Source: Nitrospinota bacterium
Lineage (GTDB): Bacteria; UBA8248
Assembly (NCBI GenBank): GCA_009839615.1
Contig: VXPH01000008.1
Span: forward strand, 10,949 to 74,948
Reading direction: 5' to 3'
Length of the DNA stretch: 64,000 bases
This document shows positions 19,801 through 29,528 of the stretch, piece after piece. Positions within the stretch are counted from its first letter, which is position 1, and every line of letters begins with the position of its first letter. The translations under genes were made by a program, and so were the position numbers. The notes below the pieces were generated by a model that had not been told where the DNA came from, did not search any database, and saw only the letters and a program-made list of their open reading frames with translations.

Positions 19801-20670
19801 TCACCCCGCCAGGATCAGAAGGACGATTCCCGCCAAGATCACCACGCCGCCCAGCAGCGTCTCACGCACGCGGTCTCGCTCCCTGAAGAAGACGTAGCCG
19901 ATGGCGATGGCCACGAGAATCTCGACCTGTTTCACCGACTCCACGTAGGAGGTGAGCGTGAGGCGGAAGGCCTCTGCCTGGGAGACGCTGGCGATGAAGG
20001 CGAACAGCCCCAAGGAGACGAAACCCTTCCAGAGTTTGGGGGCGTCCTTGAAGTGTTCGGCGGATTTCCAGATCGTGAGCGGCAAGACGACGAGCGACGC
20101 CGCCGCATAGGTCATGAGCGTTCCGAAGGCCGAATCCGAGAGCACCGCCGCCTGCTTGAAGGTGATCACCGAGGGCGCGTACAGCAGCGAGGAGAGCACG
20201 GTGTAGCGCATCCCCTTGTCGGTGAACAACGCGCGGACGGGCTCGAACCAGCCGATTCGGGCGCGCGAGACGTTCATCCCGTAGACGCCGGCCAGGGTGA
20301 TGAGGATGCCTGCGAACCCCCAGGCGGAGGGAACCTCGCCCAGTGTGATGAAAGCGAGCGCCACCAGCCAGATGATCGAGAGCTTCCACAGCGAGGTCAC
20401 CACGCCCATCGAACCGTAGAGGAGCGCCTTGGACAGCGAGAGCGTGGCCGCGGTCTGCAGAAAGCCGAACAGGACGCACATCCACCAGAAGCCGGGCTGT
20501 ATCTCGGGCACGCCCTTCATCCACACTGCCAGAGCCGCGAAGGGCAGCAGGAAGGCGAAGCGCCCCAGCACGTTGATGTACTCGTCCAGCTTGTGGCCGA
20601 TGGATTTCATCGACGCGTTTCTGAGCACCTGCCCGAGAGCCGCGATGACGGCGAGCGTCACCCAGTCCAT
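19801..20670 (-). CDS. EamA/DMT-superfamily transporter
   Basis: ~290 aa, 10 predicted TM helices, two EamA-like halves. Start taken at MDWVTLAV with AAGGAG SD. Confidence 0.75.
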   Translation of the reverse strand: MDWVTLAVIAALGQVLRNASMKSIGHKLDEYINVLGRFAFLLPFAALAVWMKGVPEIQPGFWWMCVLFGFLQTAATLSLSKALLYGSMGVVTSLWKLSIIWLVALAFITLGEVPSAWGFAGILITLAGVYGMNVSRARIGWFEPVRALFTDKGMRYTVLSSLLYAPSVITFKQAAVLSDSAFGTLMTYAAASLVVLPLTIWKSAEHFKDAPKLWKGFVSLGLFAFIASVSQAEAFRLTLTSYVESVKQVEILVAIAIGYVFFRERDRVRETLLGGVVILAGIVLLILAG

Positions 20671-20875
20671 GTCCTGCTCCTTTAGCGTGCAAAAAGCCAG
20701 GGCCTTTTCTACGCGCACTTCAGGCCTAAGTCCAACGACGGCGGGATTTCACGGGGTCTTGCGGCCAACAGTCATCCCAAAGCAAACCGGAAATTCCCTC
20801 TCCATGTCTGACACGGCTGCGCGCGGTGTGCTAATCTGGCGGGGGCAATCTGTTCTCCAAAAGGAGCATCGCAAC

Positions 20876-21904
20876 ATGATACGAGACGACGTATTCGTCT
20901 TCGACAACGTGGTGCATATGTACGACTACTCGGACGAGAACCTCGTCTCGGAGCAAAGCGAATACGACCGCCACTACCACGTGAGCAAGGTGCTGGGCAG
21001 GAGGCGGACCGCACCCACGGACGTCTACGCGAACTGGCACCCGGTGGAGGGCTTCAAGCGCCGCTGGAGCGTGGAGGACATGGGCCGCCTCGTCTTCGAG
21101 GATTCGGGCACCGACATGGCGATGGCCCAAGCCGTGCCCCTGTTCGATCTGTATAAAGACGGCTTCGCCCCCGTGAAGGCGCAGTATGCGTTCGCGCAGG
21201 CATATCCGGAGCGCTGCCTTTTCTGCGGGGCCGTGGACCCGATGTACCCCAGCGTGGCCGCGGCGTGCGAGGAGATGGAGCGCCAGGTGAAGGAGTGGGG
21301 TGCGAAATCCATCAAAATCTACAACGCCCACGTGGACGGGAAATCCTGGGCGTGCGACGACCCCGAAATCGCCTACCCCCTCTATGAGAAAGGCCGCGAA
21401 CTCGGCATCAGGGTATTCCAGTTCCACAAGGGAAACCCCATCACGCGGGCGAAGCTGAGTGACCTCTCACCGCTCGACATCGAGGGCGCGGCGCTCGATT
21501 TTCCGGATATGCTCTTCGGCGTCCACCACCTGGCGGTGCCGTATTTCGAGGAAGTCGTCTGGATGGCGAACCGCTATGAGAACGTCTTCCTCGTGTTATC
21601 TGGAATCGGCCACACGCCGATGATCGCGCCCAGAACCTTCACCGAATGGATGGGCAGGCTGCTGCGCGACGTGGGCTCGGAGAAAGTACTCTGGGGTTCC
21701 GAAATGGCGCTTCTGGGAAACGCGAAGCCGGTGATTGAGTGGATATGGGATATGGAAATCCCCGAATCCATGCAGGATGACTACGGCTACCCGCAGATCA
21801 CCGAAGAGGACAAGCGCAACATCCTGGGACTCAACCAGGCGCGCATCTTCGGCGTGGATGTGGAGGCCAAGAAACAGGAACTCTGGAACGGAGCGGCACG
21901 ATGA
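20876..21904 (+). CDS. amidohydrolase-2 (TIM-barrel metal-dependent hydrolase) family protein
   Basis: 343 aa from ATG 20876 (AAGGAG SD at -9). Amidohydrolase-2-like (HxH-type start FVFDNVVHMYDYSD, GVHHLAVPYFEEV..). First gene of a co-directional overlapping operon. Confidence 0.7.
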   Translation: MIRDDVFVFDNVVHMYDYSDENLVSEQSEYDRHYHVSKVLGRRRTAPTDVYANWHPVEGFKRRWSVEDMGRLVFEDSGTDMAMAQAVPLFDLYKDGFAPVKAQYAFAQAYPERCLFCGAVDPMYPSVAAACEEMERQVKEWGAKSIKIYNAHVDGKSWACDDPEIAYPLYEKGRELGIRVFQFHKGNPITRAKLSDLSPLDIEGAALDFPDMLFGVHHLAVPYFEEVVWMANRYENVFLVLSGIGHTPMIAPRTFTEWMGRLLRDVGSEKVLWGSEMALLGNAKPVIEWIWDMEIPESMQDDYGYPQITEEDKRNILGLNQARIFGVDVEAKKQELWNGAAR

Positions 21905-22239
21905 ACGAGCACGAAGCCCTCGTCACCGACGTCCAGGACATCATCGAGACACAAATTCGCCCGCTTCTCAAGATTCACGGCGGCGGCATCACGCTCGAGC
22001 GCGTGAGCGAGAACGGCGAAGTGTCGCTCCGCTTCGAGGGCGCGTGCCGCGGCTGCATGCTCAAGAGCGTCACCTACGCCCTGGGCGTCCGCCAGAAGCT
22101 CATGCAGCACCCGGGCGTCACGGACGTCGCTGTGGAGGGCGTTCGCCTTTCGGATCACGCCATCAAACGGGTGGAGAAATTCTACTCCGGCTATTCGTTT
22201 TGGGTGGGGCATCCGCTCAAAGACCAATCACCGTCTTGA
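21901..22239 (+). CDS. NifU-like (Nfu-type) Fe-S cluster scaffold domain protein
   Basis: 112 aa; IRPLLKIHGGGITLERVSENGEVSLRFEGACRGCM resembles the Nfu/NifU C-terminal domain with its CxxC pair. ATGA overlap with the upstream stop. Confidence 0.7.
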   Translation: MNEHEALVTDVQDIIETQIRPLLKIHGGGITLERVSENGEVSLRFEGACRGCMLKSVTYALGVRQKLMQHPGVTDVAVEGVRLSDHAIKRVEKFYSGYSFWVGHPLKDQSPS

Positions 22240-23525
22240 TCGCCTCGCGCTACCAAACACGAAAAGAACTGCGCCTGTGGTACGGGTGGGTGATCCTCCT
22301 CACCGTCTTCATCATACTGACGGTGACCGTCGGGATCCGGAATTCTCTCGGAGTCTTTTTCAAGGATATCTCCGGCGAGTTCGGCTGGAACCGCGCGCAG
22401 ACGGCCGCCGCCTTCACCATAGGCATGCTCGGGCAGGGGATGGTGGCTCCTTTCGCGGGCTGGGTGCTGGAGCGCTTCAACATGCGCTGGGTGATCGGGG
22501 CGGGCATTTTCGTGAACGGCGCAGCGCTGATTATCGGAGCCTACATCGGCGCGCTCTGGCATTTTTACGCCATGTATTTCCTGCTCTCGCTGGGCTTCGC
22601 CTTCACGGCCAATCTGCCCCAGGTCCAGCTGCTCTCGAACTGGTTCGTCATCAAGCGCGGGCTGGCCATGGGTTTCTCGCACGCCGCCCAGGGGCTGGCA
22701 CCCATCGTGAACATCTTCACCCCCCTGCTCATCGCGAGCCTCGGCTGGCGGGGAAGCTACCTGACGCTGGCGGGGGTCGTGCTTCTTTTCGTTTTTCCCT
22801 TCGCCCTGACGCTGCTGCGCGACCACCCCAGAGAGAAGCGAACCGCACCCGACGCGCCCTTTCTCACCTCCGAGGAGTTCTCCCGCGCCCGCGTCAGGGC
22901 CGCCGTCATCATTCCTGCGGACAAAGAGAAGGAAACCGCCTCCTTCTCTTTTTTCTTCACCCGCAGGTTCATGCTGCTCGGAGGCATTTACGGCAGCATC
23001 GCGTACATATTCACCGCCGTTCTGGTGCATCTGATCCCCCACGCGACGGACCAGGGCTTCTCCCCCTCGGGCGGAGCCGCGCTCTTCGCCCTCTACGGAG
23101 CGGCCCTCGTCGTGGGAAACGGGCTGAGCGCGATTTCGGATCGCATCGGGAGGCTCCCCACCTACATGGTGGGCGTAGTGTGCGGCGTGGCCGCTTGTTA
23201 TCTCCTGGCCGCCTTTACGCGCGAATCGCCCGCGTGGTGGATATACGCGGGCGCGATGGGCCTGGGCTTCGCCTTGGGCTTCGTCCGGCCCACGGCGTCC
23301 TCTCTTCTGGCGGATCATTTCGCGGGGCCGGGCTTCGGCCTGGTGAACGGGTGCGCGATGATGGTCTTCTCTTTTATAGGCGCTCTCGGGCCCCTCGTGA
23401 CGGGCATGCTTTTTGACGCGAGCGGAAACTACTACTCGGGCTTTCTCCTCGCGGGCGTCATGTTCATCGCGGGCGCGATTTTCGTCGTGAGCCTCTCGCG
23501 CATGCCGCGTGAAGAGCGCACTTAG
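22236..23525 (+). CDS. MFS transporter, oxalate/formate antiporter (OFA)-like
   Basis: 12-TM MFS protein (WYGWVILL..GIRNSLGVFFKDISGEFGW..). Start proposed at TTG 22236 overlapping the NifU-like stop (TTGA). The 5' part of ORF 21735-23525 is antisense/overlap artefact. Confidence 0.75.
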   Translation: MIASRYQTRKELRLWYGWVILLTVFIILTVTVGIRNSLGVFFKDISGEFGWNRAQTAAAFTIGMLGQGMVAPFAGWVLERFNMRWVIGAGIFVNGAALIIGAYIGALWHFYAMYFLLSLGFAFTANLPQVQLLSNWFVIKRGLAMGFSHAAQGLAPIVNIFTPLLIASLGWRGSYLTLAGVVLLFVFPFALTLLRDHPREKRTAPDAPFLTSEEFSRARVRAAVIIPADKEKETASFSFFFTRRFMLLGGIYGSIAYIFTAVLVHLIPHATDQGFSPSGGAALFALYGAALVVGNGLSAISDRIGRLPTYMVGVVCGVAACYLLAAFTRESPAWWIYAGAMGLGFALGFVRPTASSLLADHFAGPGFGLVNGCAMMVFSFIGALGPLVTGMLFDASGNYYSGFLLAGVMFIAGAIFVVSLSRMPREERT

Positions 23526-23529
23526 GACC

Positions 23530-24798
23530 ATGAACGTCATGCGGGACGATTCGCGCTTCTGGTACGGCTGGGTGGTTCTGGCCGTGGTCTTTTTCGTCAT
23601 GATCACCCTCATCGCCTTTCGCGCCACCATCGGGCCCTTCTTCAAGGAAATCTCGGGCGAGTTGGGCTGGAGCCGGGGAGCGACGGCGGCGGCTTTTTCC
23701 ATCGGCATGCTGGCCCAGGCGATCATCTCGCCCCTGGCGGGCATCTTTTCCGATCGCTGGAGCATCCGGGCGTCGATGTCGGCCGGCGTCGTGGTGTTCG
23801 GCCTCTCGCTGCTCATCGGAAGCCAAATCACCTCGCTCTGGCATTTTTATCTGATGTACATCGGCCTGTGCGCAGGCTTCGCCGCGAGCACGTGGATCGC
23901 CCAGGTGCCCACGCTCTCGAACTGGTTCGTGAAAAAAAGAGGCCTGGCCCTGGGCATTTCCAACACCTGCCAGGGAGGGGCCTTCTGTCTGAACATCGCG
24001 ACGCCCTACCTCATCGCGGCCCTGGGCTGGCGGATGAGCTATCTGGCGCTTGCGGGCGTGACGCTGCTCATCGTGCTTCCCGTCTGCATCATTTTTCACA
24101 GGGATCACCCCTCGGATAAAGGCACCATCGCCGACGCTCCCTTCGTTCAGAACCTGCCGGATGAAGAAGCGCCGAAACCAATGCCTTCATCCGCCGATGA
24201 GCCGCCGGTCTCTATGTATAACCTGCCGTTTTTCCTCTTTCTGGGCTCGTTTCTGCCCATGGCGTACGCCTTCGCGGGCATGCTCGTCCATCTCGTTCCC
24301 CACGCCACGGACCAGGGTTTCTCGCTCGAGACCGCGAGCGTGCTGTTCGCCATATGGGGACTTTGCCAGGTGGGGTCTAACCTCATCAGCCCGGTCTCCG
24401 ACAGGCTCGGCCGCGTGCCGACGTACCTCATCGGCAACGTGCTCGGAATCGCCTCCGCTCTGGTTCTGGCCACCTACGAAAAGGGAGACCCGGAGATCCG
24501 CTTCTACATCGGCACGATAACCAACGGCGCAGCCCTGGGCCTCATACGGCCCACCGGCTCGGCCATCCTTGCGGATTACTTCGAAGGCCCCGGCTTCGGG
24601 CGCGTGAACGGGGTGGCGATGATGGGGTTTGCCCTCTGGGGCTCGGCGGGGCCATGGACCACGGGTTTCCTCTTCGACCTGCACGGCTCCTATCTCTGGG
24701 GCTTGTCGGCCTTCGCGCTCATGTTTTTTCTATGCGGCTTCTTTGCCGTGTTGCTCGGCTGGACGAAAAGAGATAAGAGGGGAACGTCTCCCGCCTGA
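23530..24798 (+). CDS. MFS transporter, OFA-like, paralog of preceding gene
   Basis: ~422 aa; clear paralog of the previous gene (RFWYGWVVLAVVFF..FKEISGELGWSRG). Start at ATG 23530, or GTG 23509. Confidence 0.78.
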   Translation: MNVMRDDSRFWYGWVVLAVVFFVMITLIAFRATIGPFFKEISGELGWSRGATAAAFSIGMLAQAIISPLAGIFSDRWSIRASMSAGVVVFGLSLLIGSQITSLWHFYLMYIGLCAGFAASTWIAQVPTLSNWFVKKRGLALGISNTCQGGAFCLNIATPYLIAALGWRMSYLALAGVTLLIVLPVCIIFHRDHPSDKGTIADAPFVQNLPDEEAPKPMPSSADEPPVSMYNLPFFLFLGSFLPMAYAFAGMLVHLVPHATDQGFSLETASVLFAIWGLCQVGSNLISPVSDRLGRVPTYLIGNVLGIASALVLATYEKGDPEIRFYIGTITNGAALGLIRPTGSAILADYFEGPGFGRVNGVAMMGFALWGSAGPWTTGFLFDLHGSYLWGLSAFALMFFLCGFFAVLLGWTKRDKRGTSPA

Positions 24799-24827
24799 AT
24801 CATGGAACCACGAATTCGAGGATTACT

Positions 24828-25733
24828 GTGCCGATCGAAAGAGTCGATGGATTCTACTTTCATCCCACCTCGCGCGAGCGGGTCCTGGCGCAGCGCCACG
24901 CGGACCCGTCCAAAACGCCTTGGACCCCGATGGAAAAACCGCTCGCGGATAGCAAGGTCACCTTGGTATCCACGGCCGGCATCTTCATGAAGGGCGACGT
25001 TTCTTTCGATTACGATAGAGAGCGCCGCGAGGGCACGTGGGGCGACCCGACCCACCGGGAGATCTCCCGAACGGCGGGCCAGGACGACGTGGAGTACTCG
25101 CACTTACACGTCGACACTTCGTTCATGGCCGAGGACAGGAACGTGTCATGGCCGGTCGACATCTTCACGGATTTCGAGAGGGAGGGGAAAATCGGCGCAC
25201 TGGCCGAGACGCTCTATTCCATCATGGGCTACATCCCGAATTTCAACCCGCTCGTGAAGCGCACCGCGCCCCTGATGATCGAAAAGATGAAGGCGGAGGA
25301 CGTGGACGCGGCCTTTCTTTACCCGGTCTGACCCTTGTGCAACCGGTCCGGCGGACTGCTTCAGCGCGAAATCGAAAAGGCGGGAATCGCCACCGTCATC
25401 ATCTCGAACGTACCCGAGACCACCGAGCGCGTCTGCGTGCCCAGGGCCGTCTTCGTGCAGTATCCCTTCGGGCGGCAGTTGGGCCTCGTGGGTGATTACG
25501 CGGGCCAGCGCCGGATTTGCGAGGACATGGCCGCGCTGTTGGTGGAGGCGCAAGCGCCCAACGCCTACCGGCACCTGCCCTATGAGTGGCCCGAACCGCC
25601 CGAGACCACCAAATGGCAGCCGGACGTCCCGGCGCCCATCTTCGCCATCCGCCAGGCCAAAGCGGGCGGACAAAATCTGCTGGATGATTACAAGGACGAG
25701 GAACGCGCCGCGTATTCCGACGCCGAGCGCTAG
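24828..25733 (+). CDS. glycine/betaine/D-proline reductase selenoprotein-B (GrdB/PrdB) family protein with in-frame TGA (putative selenocysteine) at 25329-25331 in a U-P-L-C motif
   Basis: GTG start 24828 with GAGGA SD. The two ORF-track fragments 24828-25331 and 25335-25733 are in the same frame, separated by one TGA. Read-through gives ...AFLYPV-U-PLCNRSGGLLQREIEKAGIATVIISNV. This matches the remembered GrdB Sec region (..U-G-T-C-T-R-C-G...VKEIERAGIP.V.I..); the match is from memory and was not aligned. N-terminal VTLVSTAGI also matches. Confidence 0.6.
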
Positions 25734-25775
25734 GCGAAAGACCGGGGAACGTCACCCTACACCATCAGCAAAAAG

Positions 25776-27182
25776 CTACGCCTTCTCCAGCCTGGCGAAG
25801 TTGAGGTAAAACCGTCCGTCCGCTTCCACCCGCAAGAGGGTTTGCGAGAATTCTTTCGATTCCACCCGGTAGAGCCGCTCTTCTCCCATCGCACGGGGTG
25901 TTTCGGTGAGCGTCTCTCCATCGAGGCCGCAGGTCTCCTCCCCCATCAGGGAGAGGATGGTGGGGGCCAGATCTATGTTGCCCGTCGGCGCGTCCACCCG
26001 CGCGCCCGCCGGAAAAGCGGGGCCGCACGCAATCATGAAATTACGAAGCTCATAGGGGCTGCACGAGCCGTGCGTACCGCCGCTTCCCTTGTTGTTGACC
26101 GATGAATACCCCCAGCCGGGGAGTGCGCCCTTGCGGTTCTCGCCCGGCAAGAAACCATCGCCCCACTGAAAGCCCATGAGCAAATCCGGCGCGCGGGGTC
26201 CGCCGCAGCCCGCCAGGCCCAAGGACATCGTGCCCGGCAATGCGCCTTCTGCTCCGTTTCCATCTTTAGAGAATAGCGGCCCCGCCCAGTCCTTCGTCCG
26301 CAAAAAAGCGGCGAGTTCCTGAAGCGTTTTCTCCGATTCGGCGTAGAAAAGCGCCGCCCCCTCGCTGTGCGCCACTTGCCAACTATCACCACGGCCGGGG
26401 AGGTCCGCCATTTCCGCCTCCAGGTCGATCATCCCCGCCGTCGCCACGACCCCGTGATCCGAGAACAGGAGAAGATTCGTCTGCGGCCAATCATCGCGCT
26501 GCGCCTGAAACCTCTCCCAGAACGCACCGAACAGCCTGTCCACTCCCTCCAAGGCCCGGCGATGCGCGGCGCCTGCGGCGCCCTCGTGATGCTGCGTGTT
26601 GTCCGGCTCGCTCAGATGTATGACGAGCACAGCCGGTTCAAGCTTGGGAATCACGTAATCGAGCGCCAGGTCGAGCGCCCACACGCAGCGCGGAAGGTCC
26701 GGTTCGCCCCCAGCGGGGATTTTCCTGACCTCCTCGATTTTTCCGCGCCCCTCGGCAGGATACATCGCAACGGGGTGAATCAGGCGCGCGGCGCGGCCCG
26801 CGTTCCAGAGCCAGGCGGAACCGCTCGATGCGGCGCTGATGATGACGCCGCCGTCCAACCTCTCGGAAAAGGTGTCCCGCAGTAGCAGGCGCCCGCCCAT
26901 GGCGCGTTCCCAGGCAAGGAGATTCTCATACCGCCCCGTGGTGATGGTTTCGCCCAACTCGCGTGAATAGAGCGAATTGCCCGGCAGGCCGTGCTTTTCG
27001 GGGTAGACGCCGGTGGCAAGGCTCGATACGCAAACTCTCGTAGAAGTGGGAAACGTGCTGCGGTGATTCCGGAACCACGCGCCCCGCTCCGCCGCGGCCA
27101 GGAGATTCGGGGTTCTCTCCTCGCTCAGAGTATCGGCCCGTAAACCGTCGAACTGAATCGCGATGACGCGAGGCGAGGCCAT
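25776..27182 (-). CDS. alkaline-phosphatase superfamily enzyme (type I phosphodiesterase/nucleotide pyrophosphatase-like)
   Basis: 468 aa; N-terminal metal/nucleophile motifs (IQFDGLRADTL; FPTSTRVCVSS; GVYPEKHG) typical of NPP/PhnA-like AlkP-fold enzymes. Confidence 0.75.
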   Translation of the reverse strand: MASPRVIAIQFDGLRADTLSEERTPNLLAAAERGAWFRNHRSTFPTSTRVCVSSLATGVYPEKHGLPGNSLYSRELGETITTGRYENLLAWERAMGGRLLLRDTFSERLDGGVIISAASSGSAWLWNAGRAARLIHPVAMYPAEGRGKIEEVRKIPAGGEPDLPRCVWALDLALDYVIPKLEPAVLVIHLSEPDNTQHHEGAAGAAHRRALEGVDRLFGAFWERFQAQRDDWPQTNLLLFSDHGVVATAGMIDLEAEMADLPGRGDSWQVAHSEGAALFYAESEKTLQELAAFLRTKDWAGPLFSKDGNGAEGALPGTMSLGLAGCGGPRAPDLLMGFQWGDGFLPGENRKGALPGWGYSSVNNKGSGGTHGSCSPYELRNFMIACGPAFPAGARVDAPTGNIDLAPTILSLMGEETCGLDGETLTETPRAMGEERLYRVESKEFSQTLLRVEADGRFYLNFARLEKA

Positions 27183-27250
27183 CTGCTCTCCATCCCGAAA
27201 AAAAGCGGCGGGGGATTCCGCCCCCGCCGCACGTAAAGATCAGCCTGCTG

Positions 27251-28015
27251 TCAGGAAGCCTGCTCCGAGGCCTGCATGGCTTCTTCGAGTTGCGCGGGCG
27301 TCAGGGGGTCGCCCACGCCGATCATCGAATCGCGCGTCACGAGTTGGAAGAGCTGCGCCTCCGTCCAGTCCTCGGTTCCCGCCGGACGCTGGGGAATGAT
27401 GAGATAGCGGCAATCCGCGTTCGAATCGATGACGATGAGCTCCACGTCGTCGGGCGCATCGAAGCCCATGTCCTTCAAGGTTCCCCTCGGGTCCGTCACG
27501 GCTTTCGAGCGATAGGGAAAGCTCTTGTACCAGGTGGGGGGCTGCCCGAGGATCTGCCTCGGGTAGCACGAGCACAGCGTGCACACCACCATGTAGCGGG
27601 TCGTGTCGGTATTCTCGAGGGCCACCACGCGGTTGATCCCCGTGGTGTCGACCCCCACCTCGGCGCAGGCGGCGTCCGCGTCCGCCAAGAGCCTTTCCTT
27701 GAAGCCCTCATCCACCCAGGCGCGCGCGATGATGCGCGAACCGATGGCCGGGCTTTGGCCGTAAATCTCCTCCACCGCGCGCCGCATCTCGTCCGTCGTG
27801 AGGATGCCCTTCTCGCGGAGGATGCCCAACAGAGCCATAACGCGCACCTGATAGTAATCCAGATCGTGCTCGACCTGGGCCACGGCTCCTTCGCGGTAGG
27901 CGTCGTCGGACTGCATCCGCGCGTTGTGCGCTCCCGGATCCTGGCTGTAGGTGTGGGGATGGTCGCCGTGGTGGTGACCATGCCCGCCGTTGTGATGATC
28001 GTGTGAGTGCGCCAT
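27251..28015 (-). CDS. nitrile hydratase alpha / thiocyanate hydrolase gamma-like catalytic subunit (Co-type, VCTLCSCY) with His-rich N-terminal tail
   Basis: 254 aa. Residues 1-21 are MAHSHDHHNGGHGHHHGDHPH. The core carries the metal-binding claw VVCTLCSCYPRQILGQPPTWYKSFPYRSKAV and C-terminal IPQRPAGTEDWTEAQLFQLVTRDSMIGV, which resemble Co-type NHase alpha as recalled from memory. Confidence 0.85.
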   Translation of the reverse strand: MAHSHDHHNGGHGHHHGDHPHTYSQDPGAHNARMQSDDAYREGAVAQVEHDLDYYQVRVMALLGILREKGILTTDEMRRAVEEIYGQSPAIGSRIIARAWVDEGFKERLLADADAACAEVGVDTTGINRVVALENTDTTRYMVVCTLCSCYPRQILGQPPTWYKSFPYRSKAVTDPRGTLKDMGFDAPDDVELIVIDSNADCRYLIIPQRPAGTEDWTEAQLFQLVTRDSMIGVGDPLTPAQLEEAMQASEQAS

Positions 28016-28054
28016 GGTGTGCTCCTCGCTCTCGGGAGAGCCGGCGTATTCGTC

Positions 28055-28342
28055 CTAGACCGGCTCCAGCCAATGTTCGTAAATTTCGATATAGAGTTTG
28101 TCCTGCTTTTTCCCCGCCTCGTGATCCCAGAGATCGTTGATGTCGAACTCCACCCAATAGAGTTCCCTCATCGGCAGGCCGTCGCCGCCGTAGGCGAGAT
28201 TTTCGGGATTCTTGTATTTGCCGAAATAGCGGTTGATTAAACCGGTCTTGCCCTTCACGAAATACGTCGTCCGGTGGTGGCCGTCCGGGTACATCTCCTT
28301 GATGCGCACCCTGTCGCCCACGCGGAAGGTGGTTTCCTCCAT
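28055..28342 (-). CDS. nitrile hydratase beta subunit C-terminal-domain homolog (short, 95 aa; SCNase-alpha/ToyL-like half-beta)
   Basis: FRVGDRVRIKEMYPDGHHRTTYFVKGKTGLI...LYIEIYEHWLEPV matches the C-terminal SH3-like half of NHase beta. No N-terminal beta half was found in any frame nearby. Confidence 0.75.
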   Translation of the reverse strand: MEETTFRVGDRVRIKEMYPDGHHRTTYFVKGKTGLINRYFGKYKNPENLAYGGDGLPMRELYWVEFDINDLWDHEAGKKQDKLYIEIYEHWLEPV

Positions 28343-28425
28343 CGGAACGTCCCCTTTGCAGTTGAATCGACTCGAACTGAAATACTTACCTGAATTTTAC
28401 ACCGGGGAGGCTCTTTGTCCAGCCC

Positions 28426-29442
28426 CTATACCGCAAGCCCGTACACGCGCTTTGCGTTGGTCGTGAGAATCATCTCCTGCTCCGCTTCCGGGAGGCGGCT
28501 CAGGCCCGGAATATCCCGCGCGGGCTGGTGATAGCCCATGTCCGCCGGATAGTCCGTGCCGTAGAGAATCCGCTCCGCTCCGAGCGTCTTCGCCGCGAAC
28601 TCGAAGCAGTCCGCGTTGTGGATGATGGTGTCGTAGTAGAAGCGGCCGAAATACTGCTCGGGGTCCTTCGCGTCGTGCACCTTGGGTTCTCTGCGCTCGC
28701 CGTAGCCGTGCTGCCAGCGGCCCCGGATCCAGGGCACGAAGCCGCCCACGTGGGAGAGATAGAACCGAAGCCCCGGGAACCTGTCCATCACGCCGCCGAA
28801 TATCAGGCACGCCACCGCAACCGTGGTGTCGAGCGGGTTGCCGATGAAGTTCCTCAGGTAGAAATCCCTGAGCCGATCGTCTGAGCCAAGCACATTCGTG
28901 GGGTGCACGAACACGGGGGCGTCGAGAGCTTCGGCCTTCGCCCAGAAGACGTCCAGACCCGGATCGTCCAGATTCTTTCCCGCTACGTTCGAGGCGATCA
29001 TCACGCCTAAGTGGCCGTTCGCACACGCGCGTTCGAGTTCCGCCGCAGCGGCCTCTGGCGCCTGGAGGGGAACGGTGGCCATGCAGGAAAACTTGTCGGG
29101 ATACTCCCTGGCCAGCGCCGTCAAGCCGTCGTTCAGTGAGGCGGCCAGTTCCTTGTTCGCCTCCGCCTCCAATGTGTAGAGCGTCATGGCGGGGCCGATG
29201 GAGAGCACCTGGTGCGCGACGCCCATGCGCTCCATGTCGGCGAAACGCGACGGGAGCTCATAATAAAGGGGCGTGAGCTTGTTCCTGAGTTCCGACTCGC
29301 GCCCCAAAACCTTTCCACGCGTGATGAGCCACTCACCGTGTTGGTCGGCCTCTATCGACGCCGTGCGGCCGAAGCGGCCCGCGCGCACGTCCTCGATGAA
29401 CTGCCCGGGATAGATATGGGTGTGGGGATCGATCGCCGCCAT
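28426..29442 (-). CDS. amidohydrolase-2 family (ACMSD/LigW-like metal-dependent hydrolase or decarboxylase), copy 2
   Basis: 338 aa; DPHTHIYP start, conserved HVGGFVPWIRGRW, GTDYPADMGY. Confidence 0.8.
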   Translation of the reverse strand: MAAIDPHTHIYPGQFIEDVRAGRFGRTASIEADQHGEWLITRGKVLGRESELRNKLTPLYYELPSRFADMERMGVAHQVLSIGPAMTLYTLEAEANKELAASLNDGLTALAREYPDKFSCMATVPLQAPEAAAAELERACANGHLGVMIASNVAGKNLDDPGLDVFWAKAEALDAPVFVHPTNVLGSDDRLRDFYLRNFIGNPLDTTVAVACLIFGGVMDRFPGLRFYLSHVGGFVPWIRGRWQHGYGERREPKVHDAKDPEQYFGRFYYDTIIHNADCFEFAAKTLGAERILYGTDYPADMGYHQPARDIPGLSRLPEAEQEMILTTNAKRVYGLAV

Positions 29443-29528
29443 CTTCTTCTCTATCTCTTATAATAAAGGGAGGAGGCCCACACGGGCCCCCTCGCCGTAT
29501 GCCCGCCGGTTCGCTCTCGCCGCTGGCT

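Noticed and set aside
22191-23831. 546-aa minus-strand ORF and 22277-23416 plus-strand alternative-frame ORF
   Set aside because: Overlap the two MFS transporter genes, whose hydrophobic 12-TM translations are far more convincing. Arg/Gly-rich artefacts.
25335-25733. Stand-alone 132-aa gene starting MCNRSGG (alternative TTG start)
   Set aside because: It is in frame with the upstream ORF across a single TGA. The junction recreates the GrdB UxxC Sec motif, so read-through is the better model. A separate-gene or pseudogene interpretation remains the formal alternative.
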